Shown here piece by piece: positions 10,104 through 19,349 of a stretch of 64,000 bases of DNA (positions are counted from its first letter, which is position 1; each line of letters begins with the position of its first letter). The stretch is from positions 3,817 to 67,816 of the forward strand of contig SLKG01000006.1 in assembly GCA_007134735.1 (NCBI GenBank). Direction: 5' to 3'. A program made the translations under genes and the position numbers. The stretch comes from Kiritimatiellia bacterium (lineage in GTDB: Bacteria > Verrucomicrobiota > Kiritimatiellia > SLAD01). The notes under the pieces are model-generated. The model worked only from the letters and a program-made list of their open reading frames with translations. It searched no databases and was not told the DNA's origin.

Positions 10104-10997
10104 TTGACCATGCAAGCGCTGGCTGATCAATTTCTCGATTACGTGACCCTGGAACGCGGGCTCCGACCCAATACCCGTGCCGCTTATGAGGACGACCTGC
10201 GAAGCTTTATCGAATTCCTGCGGCATCGCGGAAGAAAATCCATCAACGAGGTTACACGAAAAGATATACTCGATTTCCTGATGTCCGAAAAAGAACGCGG
10301 CTTAAGCGTCAACTCCATCTCCCGGCGCCTGGTGGCCATCAAGGTGTTCTTCCGTTACCTGCAACAGGAATCGATGCTCGATCACAATGTCACCGAATCC
10401 ATGGATTCACCCCGTCTCTGGAAGGTACTGCCCGACACCCTGTCCATGCGGGAAGTCGATGCGCTCCTGCAGGCCCCGCCCGTAAAAACCCTTTACGGAG
10501 TGCGCGACCGCGCCATCCTGGAACTCCTGTACGGCACCGGCCTGCGCGTTTCGGAACTGGCCCATCTTAAAATAAGCGACGTGCATCCCGAGGAAGGATT
10601 TGTCCGCTGCATGGGCAAGGGCAACAAGGAACGGGTTGTTCCCTTCGGGCGCCCGGCCGGGCGCTGGCTTGAACGCTACATGACCGAAGCACGGCCCGCC
10701 TTTGACCGCACCCATCGGTCGGACCGGCTGTTCCTGACACGGCGCGCTTCGGGATTCACCCGTCTGGGCCTGTGGAAACTCATCAAACAACACGCACGCC
10801 GGGCGGGCATCACCAAGAACGTAACCCCCCATACCTTGCGCCACTCATTCGCCAGCCACCTGCTCGCCAATGGCGCGCAGCTTCGGGTCATCCAGGAAAT
10901 GCTCGGCCACGCCGACATATCCACCACGCAAATTTATACCCATATCGACTCGAATCGGTTACGATCCATCCACGCTCGATATCATCCTCGCGCATGA
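10104..10997 (+). CDS. xerD: Tyrosine recombinase XerD
   Basis: Catalytic residues R, K, H-R-H and Y in LRHSFASHLLANGAQLRVIQEMLGHADISTTQIYTHI; C-terminus ...HARYHPRA is XerD-like. Confidence 0.85.
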   Translation: MTMQALADQFLDYVTLERGLRPNTRAAYEDDLRSFIEFLRHRGRKSINEVTRKDILDFLMSEKERGLSVNSISRRLVAIKVFFRYLQQESMLDHNVTESMDSPRLWKVLPDTLSMREVDALLQAPPVKTLYGVRDRAILELLYGTGLRVSELAHLKISDVHPEEGFVRCMGKGNKERVVPFGRPAGRWLERYMTEARPAFDRTHRSDRLFLTRRASGFTRLGLWKLIKQHARRAGITKNVTPHTLRHSFASHLLANGAQLRVIQEMLGHADISTTQIYTHIDSNRLRSIHARYHPRA

Positions 10998-11734
10998 GAA
11001 GAAAAAATCCATACAGGGAACTGGAGCGCCGGATCGGATACCGGTTCCGAAAACGGTCCTTGCTGGAGTTGGGCCTGACGCATCCTTCGTACCGGTATGA
11101 ACAAGACGAGGTCGCGGATGACAACCAGCGCCTTGAGTTCCTCGGTGATGCGGCACTCGGCCTGGCCGCGGCGGCGCATCTTTACAATACGTACAGCCAT
11201 ATGGCCGAAGGGGAGATGACGCTTCTCCGAAGCCGGGCCACAAACACCAAAACACTCGCCCTGATCGCGGCGGAACTCGGCCTGGGCGAGTTCCTGCGGC
11301 TCGGAAAGGGCGAACTGCTTTCCGGCGGACGCGAGCGCGTCTCCAACCTGGCCGATGCGCTGGAAGGAATCGTGGGCGCCGTCTACCTGGACGGAGGCAT
11401 GAAAGCGGTCGAAAAGATCTTCAAGAATCACTGGATACCCGTCATCGTCAAAGGCGTGAAAAGCGATGACCGGCACGACAATCCGAAAGGCGCCCTGCAG
11501 GAATGGGCACAGAAACAATGGCGGATCAGCCCCGTATATGCCATTGTCCGGCAGTCCGGCGCACCCCATGCCCGTGTCTATACGGCGGAAGTCCGCATCG
11601 GACAGCGCGTGGCGGGCCGGGGAGAAGGCCCGAACAAACAGGCCGCGGAAACAGAAGCGGCGCGGCAAGCGCTTGCAAGCGAAACAAAACACCCAGCGGG
11701 GAAAACCGGCCCCAAACCCGCCGGAAAAAAATAG
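10994..11734 (+). CDS. rnc: Ribonuclease III
   Basis: RNase III signature ERLEFLGDAALGLAAAAHLY plus a C-terminal dsRBD (PKGALQEWAQK...). ATGA overlap with the xerD stop. Confidence 0.9.
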   Translation: MRRKNPYRELERRIGYRFRKRSLLELGLTHPSYRYEQDEVADDNQRLEFLGDAALGLAAAAHLYNTYSHMAEGEMTLLRSRATNTKTLALIAAELGLGEFLRLGKGELLSGGRERVSNLADALEGIVGAVYLDGGMKAVEKIFKNHWIPVIVKGVKSDDRHDNPKGALQEWAQKQWRISPVYAIVRQSGAPHARVYTAEVRIGQRVAGRGEGPNKQAAETEAARQALASETKHPAGKTGPKPAGKK

Positions 11735-11875
11735 ATCCGCCATGCCCTTCTCTTCCTCCCGGCCCGGGAGGTGTCCGGGCACCCGGGCAAAGCGCGCGGT
11801 GACCGGGGGGCGGGTTGCCCGTCACCACAAACTTCATCCCCATCCGACCCGGCCCCTGTTCTTTCGCCCCCCGAT

Positions 11876-12709
11876 TTACCGCTTCCCTCTCCGTTCCCGG
11901 CTCGCTCTTTCCAGAACATCCCGTTCCCGCTTCGTCAGACCACTCATCCCTTCCTGGGCAATCTTGTCCAATATCCGGTCCACCTCGGAGGGATCGGAGG
12001 AAAAGGCATCTTCCCCTTTTAGCACGCGCAATTTCGGCGCACGCCGAAACCGCCACGGTATCCGGAAGCGGGCGGCCCCGCCCCGGAACAGGGTGTAGGT
12101 GTAAACGTATCCCGCCACCACCCCCGCCAGGTGCGCCGAATGGGCAATGCCGTCCTCGAAATGCCCGATGACATACAAGAGTGATACCAGCGTCATCACG
12201 GCCGCCAGCACCCAGGCCTTCATGGTTATGGGAAGCACGAAAAACAGGAGCAGGGTGATCGGCCGATGAGGATACAGCGTGGCAAACGCCGCAATCACCC
12301 CGAATATGGCCCCCGACGCTCCGATACATACACCTACCCGGCTCACCACCAGCCAACCCAGCCCGCCCAGGACACCCGCCAGAAAATAGAGCACCACAAA
12401 ATGCCGCGTTCCAATACCCCGCTCCGTTTCAGGTCCGAGAAAGAAGAGGATCAGCATGTTCACAAAAAGATGGAATACGCCGCCGTGCAGAAACATGTAG
12501 GTCACCATCTGCCAGATGAAACCGGTCCTGAATACATCGGCGCCCAGGCCGAAAACCAGGGTGAACGCACCGCCCGTGCGGACATCCATCAGAATCTGTA
12601 TGAAGAACACCCCCACGTTCAGGATCAATAACACCTTCACGGCCGGCGTAAGGAGGCCCGTTTGAAACGGGGGGGTATGAATATACGATCTGTCAGCCAA
12701 TGCGTTCAT
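11876..12709 (-). CDS. Rhomboid-family intramembrane serine protease
   Basis: Six TM helices; catalytic GASGAIFGV (Ser) and HSAHLAGVVAGY (His) motifs; basic C-terminal tail. Confidence 0.8.
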   Translation of the reverse strand: MNALADRSYIHTPPFQTGLLTPAVKVLLILNVGVFFIQILMDVRTGGAFTLVFGLGADVFRTGFIWQMVTYMFLHGGVFHLFVNMLILFFLGPETERGIGTRHFVVLYFLAGVLGGLGWLVVSRVGVCIGASGAIFGVIAAFATLYPHRPITLLLFFVLPITMKAWVLAAVMTLVSLLYVIGHFEDGIAHSAHLAGVVAGYVYTYTLFRGGAARFRIPWRFRRAPKLRVLKGEDAFSSDPSEVDRILDKIAQEGMSGLTKRERDVLERASRERRGKR

Positions 12710-12800
12710 TTTCCTTACTCTATCCTATCTACCGCATTTCTCCGCCCGTGCCATAGACCATCGTGCGCCGGTTTGCATCCGGGCCGGACCGCCGCCCGCA

Positions 12801-13574
12801 TCAGGGGGAACCGCCCGGGGCTTCCCGGGCACGGCGAAGCGTAATGACGGGTAATTCCGGCGGACAACGGACGCGGAGTTTCAATCGTCCGGTCCCAATG
12901 CCGCGGGAAACATACACAAAGCGCTCCCCCGGCCATTCGATCAATCCCGCCACGAACGATTTACCCATTCGGGTATGCGTGAACAACGGCCCCAGTCCCG
13001 GAAGCCGGATCTGTCCGCCATGCGTGTGCCCGCACAATAAAAGATCAAACCGGGGATGCGCCCAATCATACAAGATATCCGGATTGTGCGAAAGCATCAG
13101 CGTGAATGAGTCCGGCCGCACACCGTCAAACGCACGGACCAGGTCCGGTTCGCCCCGGGAAACATCATCCACCCCCACCACCTGGAGGCGGCCGCCCCCC
13201 CGTTCAAACCGGCCGGACGCGTTCCAGAGGGTTTGAAAACCCATGGCCTCCATGTACCGCATGAACACCTCACGCGAACCTCCGCGGACACGATCCCAAT
13301 TTCCGGGCACCGCATAGCGAGCAGCCGGCCCCTCTACGGTATTCCACCATTCCAGCACACGGGGCCAATACCGGGGATGATTGACCGCATCCCCGGTGAA
13401 CACCAGCAGGTCCGCCGAACAGGCATTCAACGCCTGGACCAATTCCTCCTCGATCGGCTGTCTGTACCGGCGAAAATGAAGATCGCTGATCTGCGCTATT
13501 TTCAACCCGTCCATCTCACGCGGCAGCTTCGCATGGATTACCTCGGTATGCGTTATCTGCAGTTTCGAATGCAT
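12801..13574 (-). CDS. Calcineurin-like metallophosphoesterase (YkuE/YaeI-like)
   Basis: Motifs DLHF, GDAVNH, GNWD and GHTHGGQIRLPG. Confidence 0.8.
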   Translation of the reverse strand: MHSKLQITHTEVIHAKLPREMDGLKIAQISDLHFRRYRQPIEEELVQALNACSADLLVFTGDAVNHPRYWPRVLEWWNTVEGPAARYAVPGNWDRVRGGSREVFMRYMEAMGFQTLWNASGRFERGGGRLQVVGVDDVSRGEPDLVRAFDGVRPDSFTLMLSHNPDILYDWAHPRFDLLLCGHTHGGQIRLPGLGPLFTHTRMGKSFVAGLIEWPGERFVYVSRGIGTGRLKLRVRCPPELPVITLRRAREAPGGSP

Positions 13575-13627
13575 GTGGACGTGATTTTCTTTCCAGACAC
13601 GAATCCTTCTGGTACATTACCGGCCTT

Positions 13628-14437
13628 ATGTCGGACTTTGATTTACCCGGTTATGACATTATCCGCAATATATTCAAAGGGGGAATGACCGACCTGTACG
13701 TGGCCGCCGCCCCCAGCGGACAACGGGTGGTCATCCGGATGCTCAAGGAATTGTACGTCCGGGAACGGCGAATTCGAAGGAAATTTCTCCATGGGGCCCG
13801 GATCCTCGCCCGGCTGAATCACCCCAACATCATACGTCAGATCGAATACGGCCACGCATCGCGAAGACCCTACATGATCCTCGAATATGTCGAAGCCCGC
13901 ACCCTCCGCGATCTGCTGATTCATCGCGATCCGATGTTGTCTCAACATATACTCCTGCTGCTACGCCAGATGGCGGATGCCCTCTGCTATCTTCACGGCC
14001 GCGGATACCTGCATCTGGATATTAAACCCGAAAACCTGCTGGTTGCCGCCGACGGCCATGTGACCCTGGTTGACTTCGACCTGGCCGTTAAATGTACCCA
14101 CAAACCGGTGAGACTGAAGGAATACCCGGGAACGCCGGCCTACGTGGCGCCGGAAATTCTCACCACTCAGCGCGCGGATGTGCGCGCCGACATTTTCAGT
14201 TTCGGAGTTACCGCCTACGAAATGCTTGCCTTTCATAAACCGTTTGAGCGAAACACGCTGGACGAATCCCGTATTGCCCAGATGGACCCGGCCGTTCCTC
14301 CCACCCCACTGAAAATCTACTGCGAACACCCACCCGGCTGTCTGGTTTCGCTGATCGGCAAATGCCTTGCGAAAGATGTAAACTGCAGGTATCCTTCCAT
14401 GAGCTTGGTGATCAAGCACCTTGAGGCCATAGTATGA
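13628..14437 (+). CDS. Serine/threonine protein kinase (kinase domain only)
   Basis: HLDIKPENLL catalytic loop, DFDLA (DFG-like) and GTPAYVAPE activation segment; degenerate Gly-loop (FKGGMTDLY). Confidence 0.8.
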   Translation: MSDFDLPGYDIIRNIFKGGMTDLYVAAAPSGQRVVIRMLKELYVRERRIRRKFLHGARILARLNHPNIIRQIEYGHASRRPYMILEYVEARTLRDLLIHRDPMLSQHILLLLRQMADALCYLHGRGYLHLDIKPENLLVAADGHVTLVDFDLAVKCTHKPVRLKEYPGTPAYVAPEILTTQRADVRADIFSFGVTAYEMLAFHKPFERNTLDESRIAQMDPAVPPTPLKIYCEHPPGCLVSLIGKCLAKDVNCRYPSMSLVIKHLEAIV

Positions 14438-15342
14438 CGGATATCTACATCAATCAGCGAAAATCCCGGAAGGGTTGCCTGGCATTATCCCTCGCCGCGG
14501 TCGTTCTGCTGGCGGTCGCCGGGATCTACGGGCTCCGGCAACGCCGCGCCACAAGACCGGACCCCATCGGCGAGGAAATTGTGGAAACGGCTCCCCGGCC
14601 TCCGTCCCGGGCGGAAACCGTAAAACCGGAAATTCGTGATGACGGCGCGGCGCTGTTGCGGGAGGCCCGCGAACTGAAAGAACAGGAACAACTGCTCCGG
14701 GCGCGTGAACTGGGCTTTGAGATCCTCGAGCAAACGCAGGACGAAACCGTGCGCGAAGCGGCCGAAACCCTGCTGGGCGACATTCACATCAAACTCGCGT
14801 TCTCCCCCCGCCCCATGCCGGAAAAAGAGGACTATACCGTACAGCCCGGCGATACGCTCGGAGCCCTGGCCCGCCGGTTCAACACAACCGTCGAACTGAT
14901 CCGTGAATCCAATAATTTGCGCGGTTCGTTGATCCGCGTCGGAGACCGCATGCGCATCCTCCAGGGCGAATTCTCAATGGAGGTAAGCAAGTCGGAAAAC
15001 GACCTGGTTCTCTATCTGAACGACCGGTTCTTCAAACGCTATCCGGTCGGCACCGGCGCCTACGAACGGACGCCTACCGGAACATTCGAGATTACGGAAC
15101 GAATCCCGGAGCCCACGTGGTGGAGCCCGGACGGACGCGTCATCCCATTCGGGCACGAGGACAACGTGCTTGGAACGCACTGGCTTTCCATCAATATGCC
15201 CGGCTACGGAATCCACGGCACCTGGGAACCCGAAACCATCGGATACCAGGCCAGCGCGGGATGCGTTCGGTTGCTGAATGAGGATGTCAAAGAATTATAT
15301 ACACTCGTGCCGACCGGCACCAAGGTGGTTATTCGCGAATAA
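14434..15342 (+). CDS. Membrane-anchored L,D-transpeptidase (YkuD domain) with LysM domain
   Basis: N-terminal TM (LALSLAAVVLLAVAGIYGL). LysM (YTVQPGDTLGALARRFNTTVELIRESNNL). YkuD active-site motif HGT...SAGCVRL. ATGA overlap with the upstream kinase gene. Confidence 0.8.
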   Translation: MTDIYINQRKSRKGCLALSLAAVVLLAVAGIYGLRQRRATRPDPIGEEIVETAPRPPSRAETVKPEIRDDGAALLREARELKEQEQLLRARELGFEILEQTQDETVREAAETLLGDIHIKLAFSPRPMPEKEDYTVQPGDTLGALARRFNTTVELIRESNNLRGSLIRVGDRMRILQGEFSMEVSKSENDLVLYLNDRFFKRYPVGTGAYERTPTGTFEITERIPEPTWWSPDGRVIPFGHEDNVLGTHWLSINMPGYGIHGTWEPETIGYQASAGCVRLLNEDVKELYTLVPTGTKVVIRE

Positions 15343-15368
15343 CCCGAACGAACCCTGGAGATATACGC

Positions 15369-16481
15369 GTGTCGTCATTCACTTTGCCCTTTGAGAAGCC
15401 CATTGCCGAATTGGAGTCCAAGCTCAAGGAACTGCGGTCCTTCAGCGAGGGACAGGACATTGATGTGTCGGCCGATATCGACCGCATGCAGAACACGATC
15501 GAGGAAACGCGCGAACGGATCTACAAAAACCTCACCGCATGGCAGAAAGTGCAGGTCGCCCGCCACCCGTTGCGGCCCTATACGAAGGATTACCTGAAGG
15601 AATTCACCTCGGATTTCACGGAGTTGCACGGCGATCGTATTCACCGGGACGACCGCGCCATCATCGGCGGATTCGCCACGATCGGCGAACAACGCGTCAT
15701 GGTGATCGGAACCCAGAAGGGTCGCGATACAAAGAGCAACCTGGAATGTAATTTCGGCTGCGCGCACCCGGAAGGATACCGCAAGGCGCTGCGCCTGATG
15801 CAGCTGGCCGCCCGCTTCAACGTCCCTATCATTACGCTCATCGACACACCCGGCGCGTTTCCGGGCATTGAATCCGAAGAACGCCACATCGCGGAAGCCA
15901 TCGCGGTCAATCTGCGCGAGATGTTCACGCTGCCCGTGCCCATCATCGTGGCGGTCATCGGAGAAGGCGGCAGCGGCGGCGCCCTGGGCATCGGGATCGG
16001 GGACCGCGTGTTGATCCTGGAAAATGCCTACTATTCCGTGATTTCACCCGAAGGTTGCGCCGCCATTCTCTGGAAAGACCGCACCTATGCCGACAAAGCC
16101 GCCGAAGCGCTGAAACTGACCGCCGGCGATCTGCTGGAAATGGGGTTGGCCGACGAAATCATTCCCGAACCCGTCGGCGGCGCCCATGCGGATCCCAAAG
16201 CCATGGCGGGCCTACTCAAGGACGCCCTGCTGAAACACCTGGGCGAATTGAAAGATGTCCCGGCCGACCAACTCCTCGAACAGCGTTACCGGAAATTCAG
16301 AAACATGGGCGTCTACGGCGAAGACCCGCCCGAAGAACCGCCTCTTCCGGAACAAGAACCGTCCGAAAAAGCCGATGCGGCTTCCGGGGACTCATCAACA
16401 AAGAGAACAGAAACGGAAGACACCGCGGAATCCGGAAAGGAATCCGAAGCGGAAAAACCGAAAGATTCCGAACCCGCCTGA
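15369..16481 (+). CDS. accA: Acetyl-CoA carboxylase carboxyltransferase alpha subunit, with unusual roughly 55-aa acidic/Pro-rich C-terminal tail
   Basis: GTG start. Conserved AccA core (FEKPIAELESKLKELR..., IIGGFATIGEQRVMVIGTQKG, PIITLIDTPGAFPGIESEERH). Confidence 0.88.
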   Translation: MSSFTLPFEKPIAELESKLKELRSFSEGQDIDVSADIDRMQNTIEETRERIYKNLTAWQKVQVARHPLRPYTKDYLKEFTSDFTELHGDRIHRDDRAIIGGFATIGEQRVMVIGTQKGRDTKSNLECNFGCAHPEGYRKALRLMQLAARFNVPIITLIDTPGAFPGIESEERHIAEAIAVNLREMFTLPVPIIVAVIGEGGSGGALGIGIGDRVLILENAYYSVISPEGCAAILWKDRTYADKAAEALKLTAGDLLEMGLADEIIPEPVGGAHADPKAMAGLLKDALLKHLGELKDVPADQLLEQRYRKFRNMGVYGEDPPEEPPLPEQEPSEKADAASGDSSTKRTETEDTAESGKESEAEKPKDSEPA

Positions 16482-16507
16482 CCTGCCAGGACTGATCGGC
16501 TCCGACC

Positions 16508-17266
16508 TTAGAAGCGCACATTCACGCCGGCACGTACGATATTTCCATTGATATCGAACTTGGCGGTGGCCGTGTCGTCCAGAATAAACCATGAGTCGGG
16601 GTCGGTGACATCGGAAGCCGTGATCTTCTCGCTCCCCAGATCATAGTACAGGTACTCGCCCTTCAGACTTACCGTCTCGGTAAGCGCGTACTCGACCCCC
16701 GCGCCGACCGTCCAGCCTGCGGACGTCTCTTTTTCGGATCCTCTCAACAACGTCACGGGGCCGTCCGCATACACCAGGCGCAAGGATAAATCCGAACGCC
16801 CCAGGGCCAATCCCCCGGTTCCGTATACAAGAAAGCGGCCGAAGACGATGCCGACCCGCAACCGTGCCGTGCCGAACCAATCCAGATCCTGCTCGGCCCG
16901 GGTGGTAAAAGAGGAGCCCAATGGGGCCAGCGTTGCAGAATCGGACCCGCTGATGCTCGAAAGAGACGCATCGGCCTCCAGCCCGATCACCAGGTTGTCC
17001 AACTGTCGATTGGCGCCGATCTGAATACCCCCCAGAAACCCATCCGGATCGGTATCCAATTTCCGGGGAACCGATCCCAACTCGATCGCCTCCTTGATCC
17101 CCGGCGTGCCGCCAATAGACGCCGATTGGTTTCCGAAGCCGTACCCCGCGTGAAGACCCACATAGAAACCGTTCCAATCCCACGTGTCGGTGTTATCGGC
17201 CTGAACGGTTCCCATCGTGATCAAGGCGACCATACCGGTACACACCCATACTGTGCACAGCCTCAT
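16508..17266 (-). CDS. Outer-membrane beta-barrel protein (OmpA-like TM domain / OmpW-opacity type)
   Basis: The start is placed at MRLCTVWVCTGMVALITMGTVQA (signal peptide). Alternating amphipathic beta-strands; terminal ...VNVRF (C-terminal Phe, an OMP signature). Confidence 0.65.
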   Translation of the reverse strand: MRLCTVWVCTGMVALITMGTVQADNTDTWDWNGFYVGLHAGYGFGNQSASIGGTPGIKEAIELGSVPRKLDTDPDGFLGGIQIGANRQLDNLVIGLEADASLSSISGSDSATLAPLGSSFTTRAEQDLDWFGTARLRVGIVFGRFLVYGTGGLALGRSDLSLRLVYADGPVTLLRGSEKETSAGWTVGAGVEYALTETVSLKGEYLYYDLGSEKITASDVTDPDSWFILDDTATAKFDINGNIVRAGVNVRF

Positions 17267-17424
17267 GACAAACCTCCTTGTATGGAATAGGCATACATCG
17301 TCAGGCGGCGCGCGCACGCACACGCTGTAACCGCCCCCCGCACGCATGCTCTCCACTGGAGCACCTATGCCGAAAGTTTCGAGAAAGAGCAAGAACTATT
17401 GTTCGGGGCAGACACGCGCGCGCA

Positions 17425-19215
17425 TCATTCATCGACGGGCTTCTTCTCTTCCCCTCCCCGGGGCCGTGTTAGCTTGAGATGCACGTCCTTGAGCTGGCGG
17501 TCGTCCACGGGCGCGGGCGCGCCCATCATGAGGTCCATGGCTTTCTGGGTCTTGGGAAAGGCGATGACATCCCGAATGGTCCGGCCCCCGATCATCATCA
17601 TGACCACGCGGTCGATCCCCAACGCAATGCCGCCGTGCGGCGGCGCGCCATACGCCAACGCGCGCGTCAGATGACCAAACCGGTCTTCGGCCTCCTCTTT
17701 CGGGATACCCAACAGGTGGAAAATCCTTTTCTGCAAGTCCGGATCATGAATTCGGATACTGCCCCCGCCCAGTTCCACGCCGTTTAACACGATGTCATAG
17801 GCCAGGGCCCGTACCGACAGCGGATCGGATTCCAGCTTGTCCATATCCTCGGGATGCGGGGAGGTGAACGGATGGTGCATCGATTGCAAACGGCCTTCTT
17901 CGTCCCGCATGAACAAGGGAAAATCCGTGACCCATACAAAGGAATACTTGTTTTCGGGAATGGCTCCGGCCGCACGGCCGGCCAGCAACCGGAGTCGTCC
18001 CAGCGCCCCGTCGGCTACCGGCCTTTTATCCGCGGCAAATAGAATCAAATCACCCGGCCGGATATCGAGCGTTTCCTTCAGCTCGGCCTGCTCCCGGTCG
18101 GAAAAGAATTTCACAATCGGGGATTTCCAGGTTCCGTCCTCCTGCACCCGGATATACGCCAATCCGCCCAATCCGGCCTCCTGGGCCAGACCGGTCCACT
18201 CATCCATCACGCGGATGGGCACGGCCCCGAGACCACGCGCATTGAACGCCTTGACCACACCGCCCGCTTCCAACACCTTCTTGAACACGTTGAAACCGGT
18301 GTCCCGGAACACCTCGCTCAACTCCACCAACTCCATGCCGAAACGCATGTCCGGACGATCCGTCCCGAAGCGGTTCATGGCGTCTTCGTACGACAGGCGC
18401 GCAATCGGAAGGGTGATGTTCCCATGACCGGAAATCTGCATCACCTCCGCACACAACCCGTCAATCACCTCATAGATGTCTTCCCGCGTAATAAACGACA
18501 TCTCTACATCGATCTGGGTGAACTCCGGTTGCCGGTCGGCCCTCAAATCCTCGTCCCGAAAACACCGGGCGATCTGGTAATACCGGTCCGATCCCGCCAC
18601 CATGAGCAATTGCTTGTATTGCTGAGGAGCCTGTGGAAGCGCATAAAACGCGCCCGGCGCCACCCGGCTCGGCACCAGGTAATCCCGGGCCCCCTCCGGC
18701 GTACTCTTGGTCAGAATCGGCGTTTCCACCTCCGTAAATTGGTGCTGGTCCAGGTAACGCCGGACCGCTTGGGTAATCTCGTGCCGCTTCCGCATATGCT
18801 CCTGCATCTGCGGACGCCGCAGGTCCAGGTACCGGTACGTCAATCGCAAATCCTCGCTGACCCCCTTGTCGTCCAGCGGAAACGGCGGCGTCAGGCTCTT
18901 GTTAAGAATCTGAATCCGGTCACACCGCACCTCGATGGCGCCCGTTGCCAGCTTCTCATTTTCCATTTCGGGCGGACGGGCTTCCACGTCCCCTTCCACC
19001 TGAATGACATACTCGCCGCGCGTGGTCTGGGACAGATCCCAGGCTTCCTGCGAATCGCGCGGATCGAAAATGACCTGGGTTAGGCCGTACCGATCCCGCA
19101 AATCGATAAAAATCACGCCCCCGTGATCACGTACGGTATCCACCCACCCGCACAACCGGACGCGCACCCCGATATTTTCCTTGCGCAATTCACCGCATGT
19201 ATGTGTTCGCATCAT
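17425..19215 (-). CDS. aspS: Aspartate--tRNA ligase
   Basis: N-terminal anticodon-binding OB fold (MRTHTCGELRKENIGVRVRLCGWV...HGGVIFIDLRDRYG). Class II motifs (FRDEDLRADRQPEFTQIDVE; GGGSIRIHD). Start placed at MMRTHT. Confidence 0.9.
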   Translation of the reverse strand: MMRTHTCGELRKENIGVRVRLCGWVDTVRDHGGVIFIDLRDRYGLTQVIFDPRDSQEAWDLSQTTRGEYVIQVEGDVEARPPEMENEKLATGAIEVRCDRIQILNKSLTPPFPLDDKGVSEDLRLTYRYLDLRRPQMQEHMRKRHEITQAVRRYLDQHQFTEVETPILTKSTPEGARDYLVPSRVAPGAFYALPQAPQQYKQLLMVAGSDRYYQIARCFRDEDLRADRQPEFTQIDVEMSFITREDIYEVIDGLCAEVMQISGHGNITLPIARLSYEDAMNRFGTDRPDMRFGMELVELSEVFRDTGFNVFKKVLEAGGVVKAFNARGLGAVPIRVMDEWTGLAQEAGLGGLAYIRVQEDGTWKSPIVKFFSDREQAELKETLDIRPGDLILFAADKRPVADGALGRLRLLAGRAAGAIPENKYSFVWVTDFPLFMRDEEGRLQSMHHPFTSPHPEDMDKLESDPLSVRALAYDIVLNGVELGGGSIRIHDPDLQKRIFHLLGIPKEEAEDRFGHLTRALAYGAPPHGGIALGIDRVVMMMIGGRTIRDVIAFPKTQKAMDLMMGAPAPVDDRQLKDVHLKLTRPRGGEEKKPVDE

Positions 19216-19243
19216 GATGTCTAAAAACTCCGTTTCCCTGCCC

Positions 19244-19292
19244 TTTCCAACGATTGGAAACCCAACGCACAAACCTTTCCAATCGTTGGAAA
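19244..19292. promoter_or_regulatory. Two copies of a 7-3-7 palindrome, TTTCCAA-N3-TTGGAAA, 32 bp apart centre to centre, in the aspS / P-type ATPase divergent intergenic region
   Basis: Read directly: TTTCCAACGATTGGAAA at 19244-19260 and TTTCCAATCGTTGGAAA at 19276-19292. They lie 58 bp upstream of the ATPase start codon. Confidence 0.45.
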
Positions 19293-19349
19293 AAACTTGG
19301 CGCATACTGCACAAAGACGGGTTAAAATGCAAAGCAGAATTGGAGTCGG

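Noticed and set aside
10982-11782. 266-aa minus-strand ORF
   Set aside because: Antisense to rnc, which carries an unambiguous RNase III signature.
11735-11800. Palindrome cctcccggcccgggagg after rnc
   Set aside because: Essentially no loop (stem closes on itself) and no downstream U-tract; possibly just GC-rich palindromic sequence.
11526-12356. 276-aa minus-strand ORF
   Set aside because: Same strand but a different frame, overlapping the rhomboid protease gene and the rnc 3' end; Gly/Arg-rich, no motifs; the rhomboid frame has catalytic Ser/His motifs.
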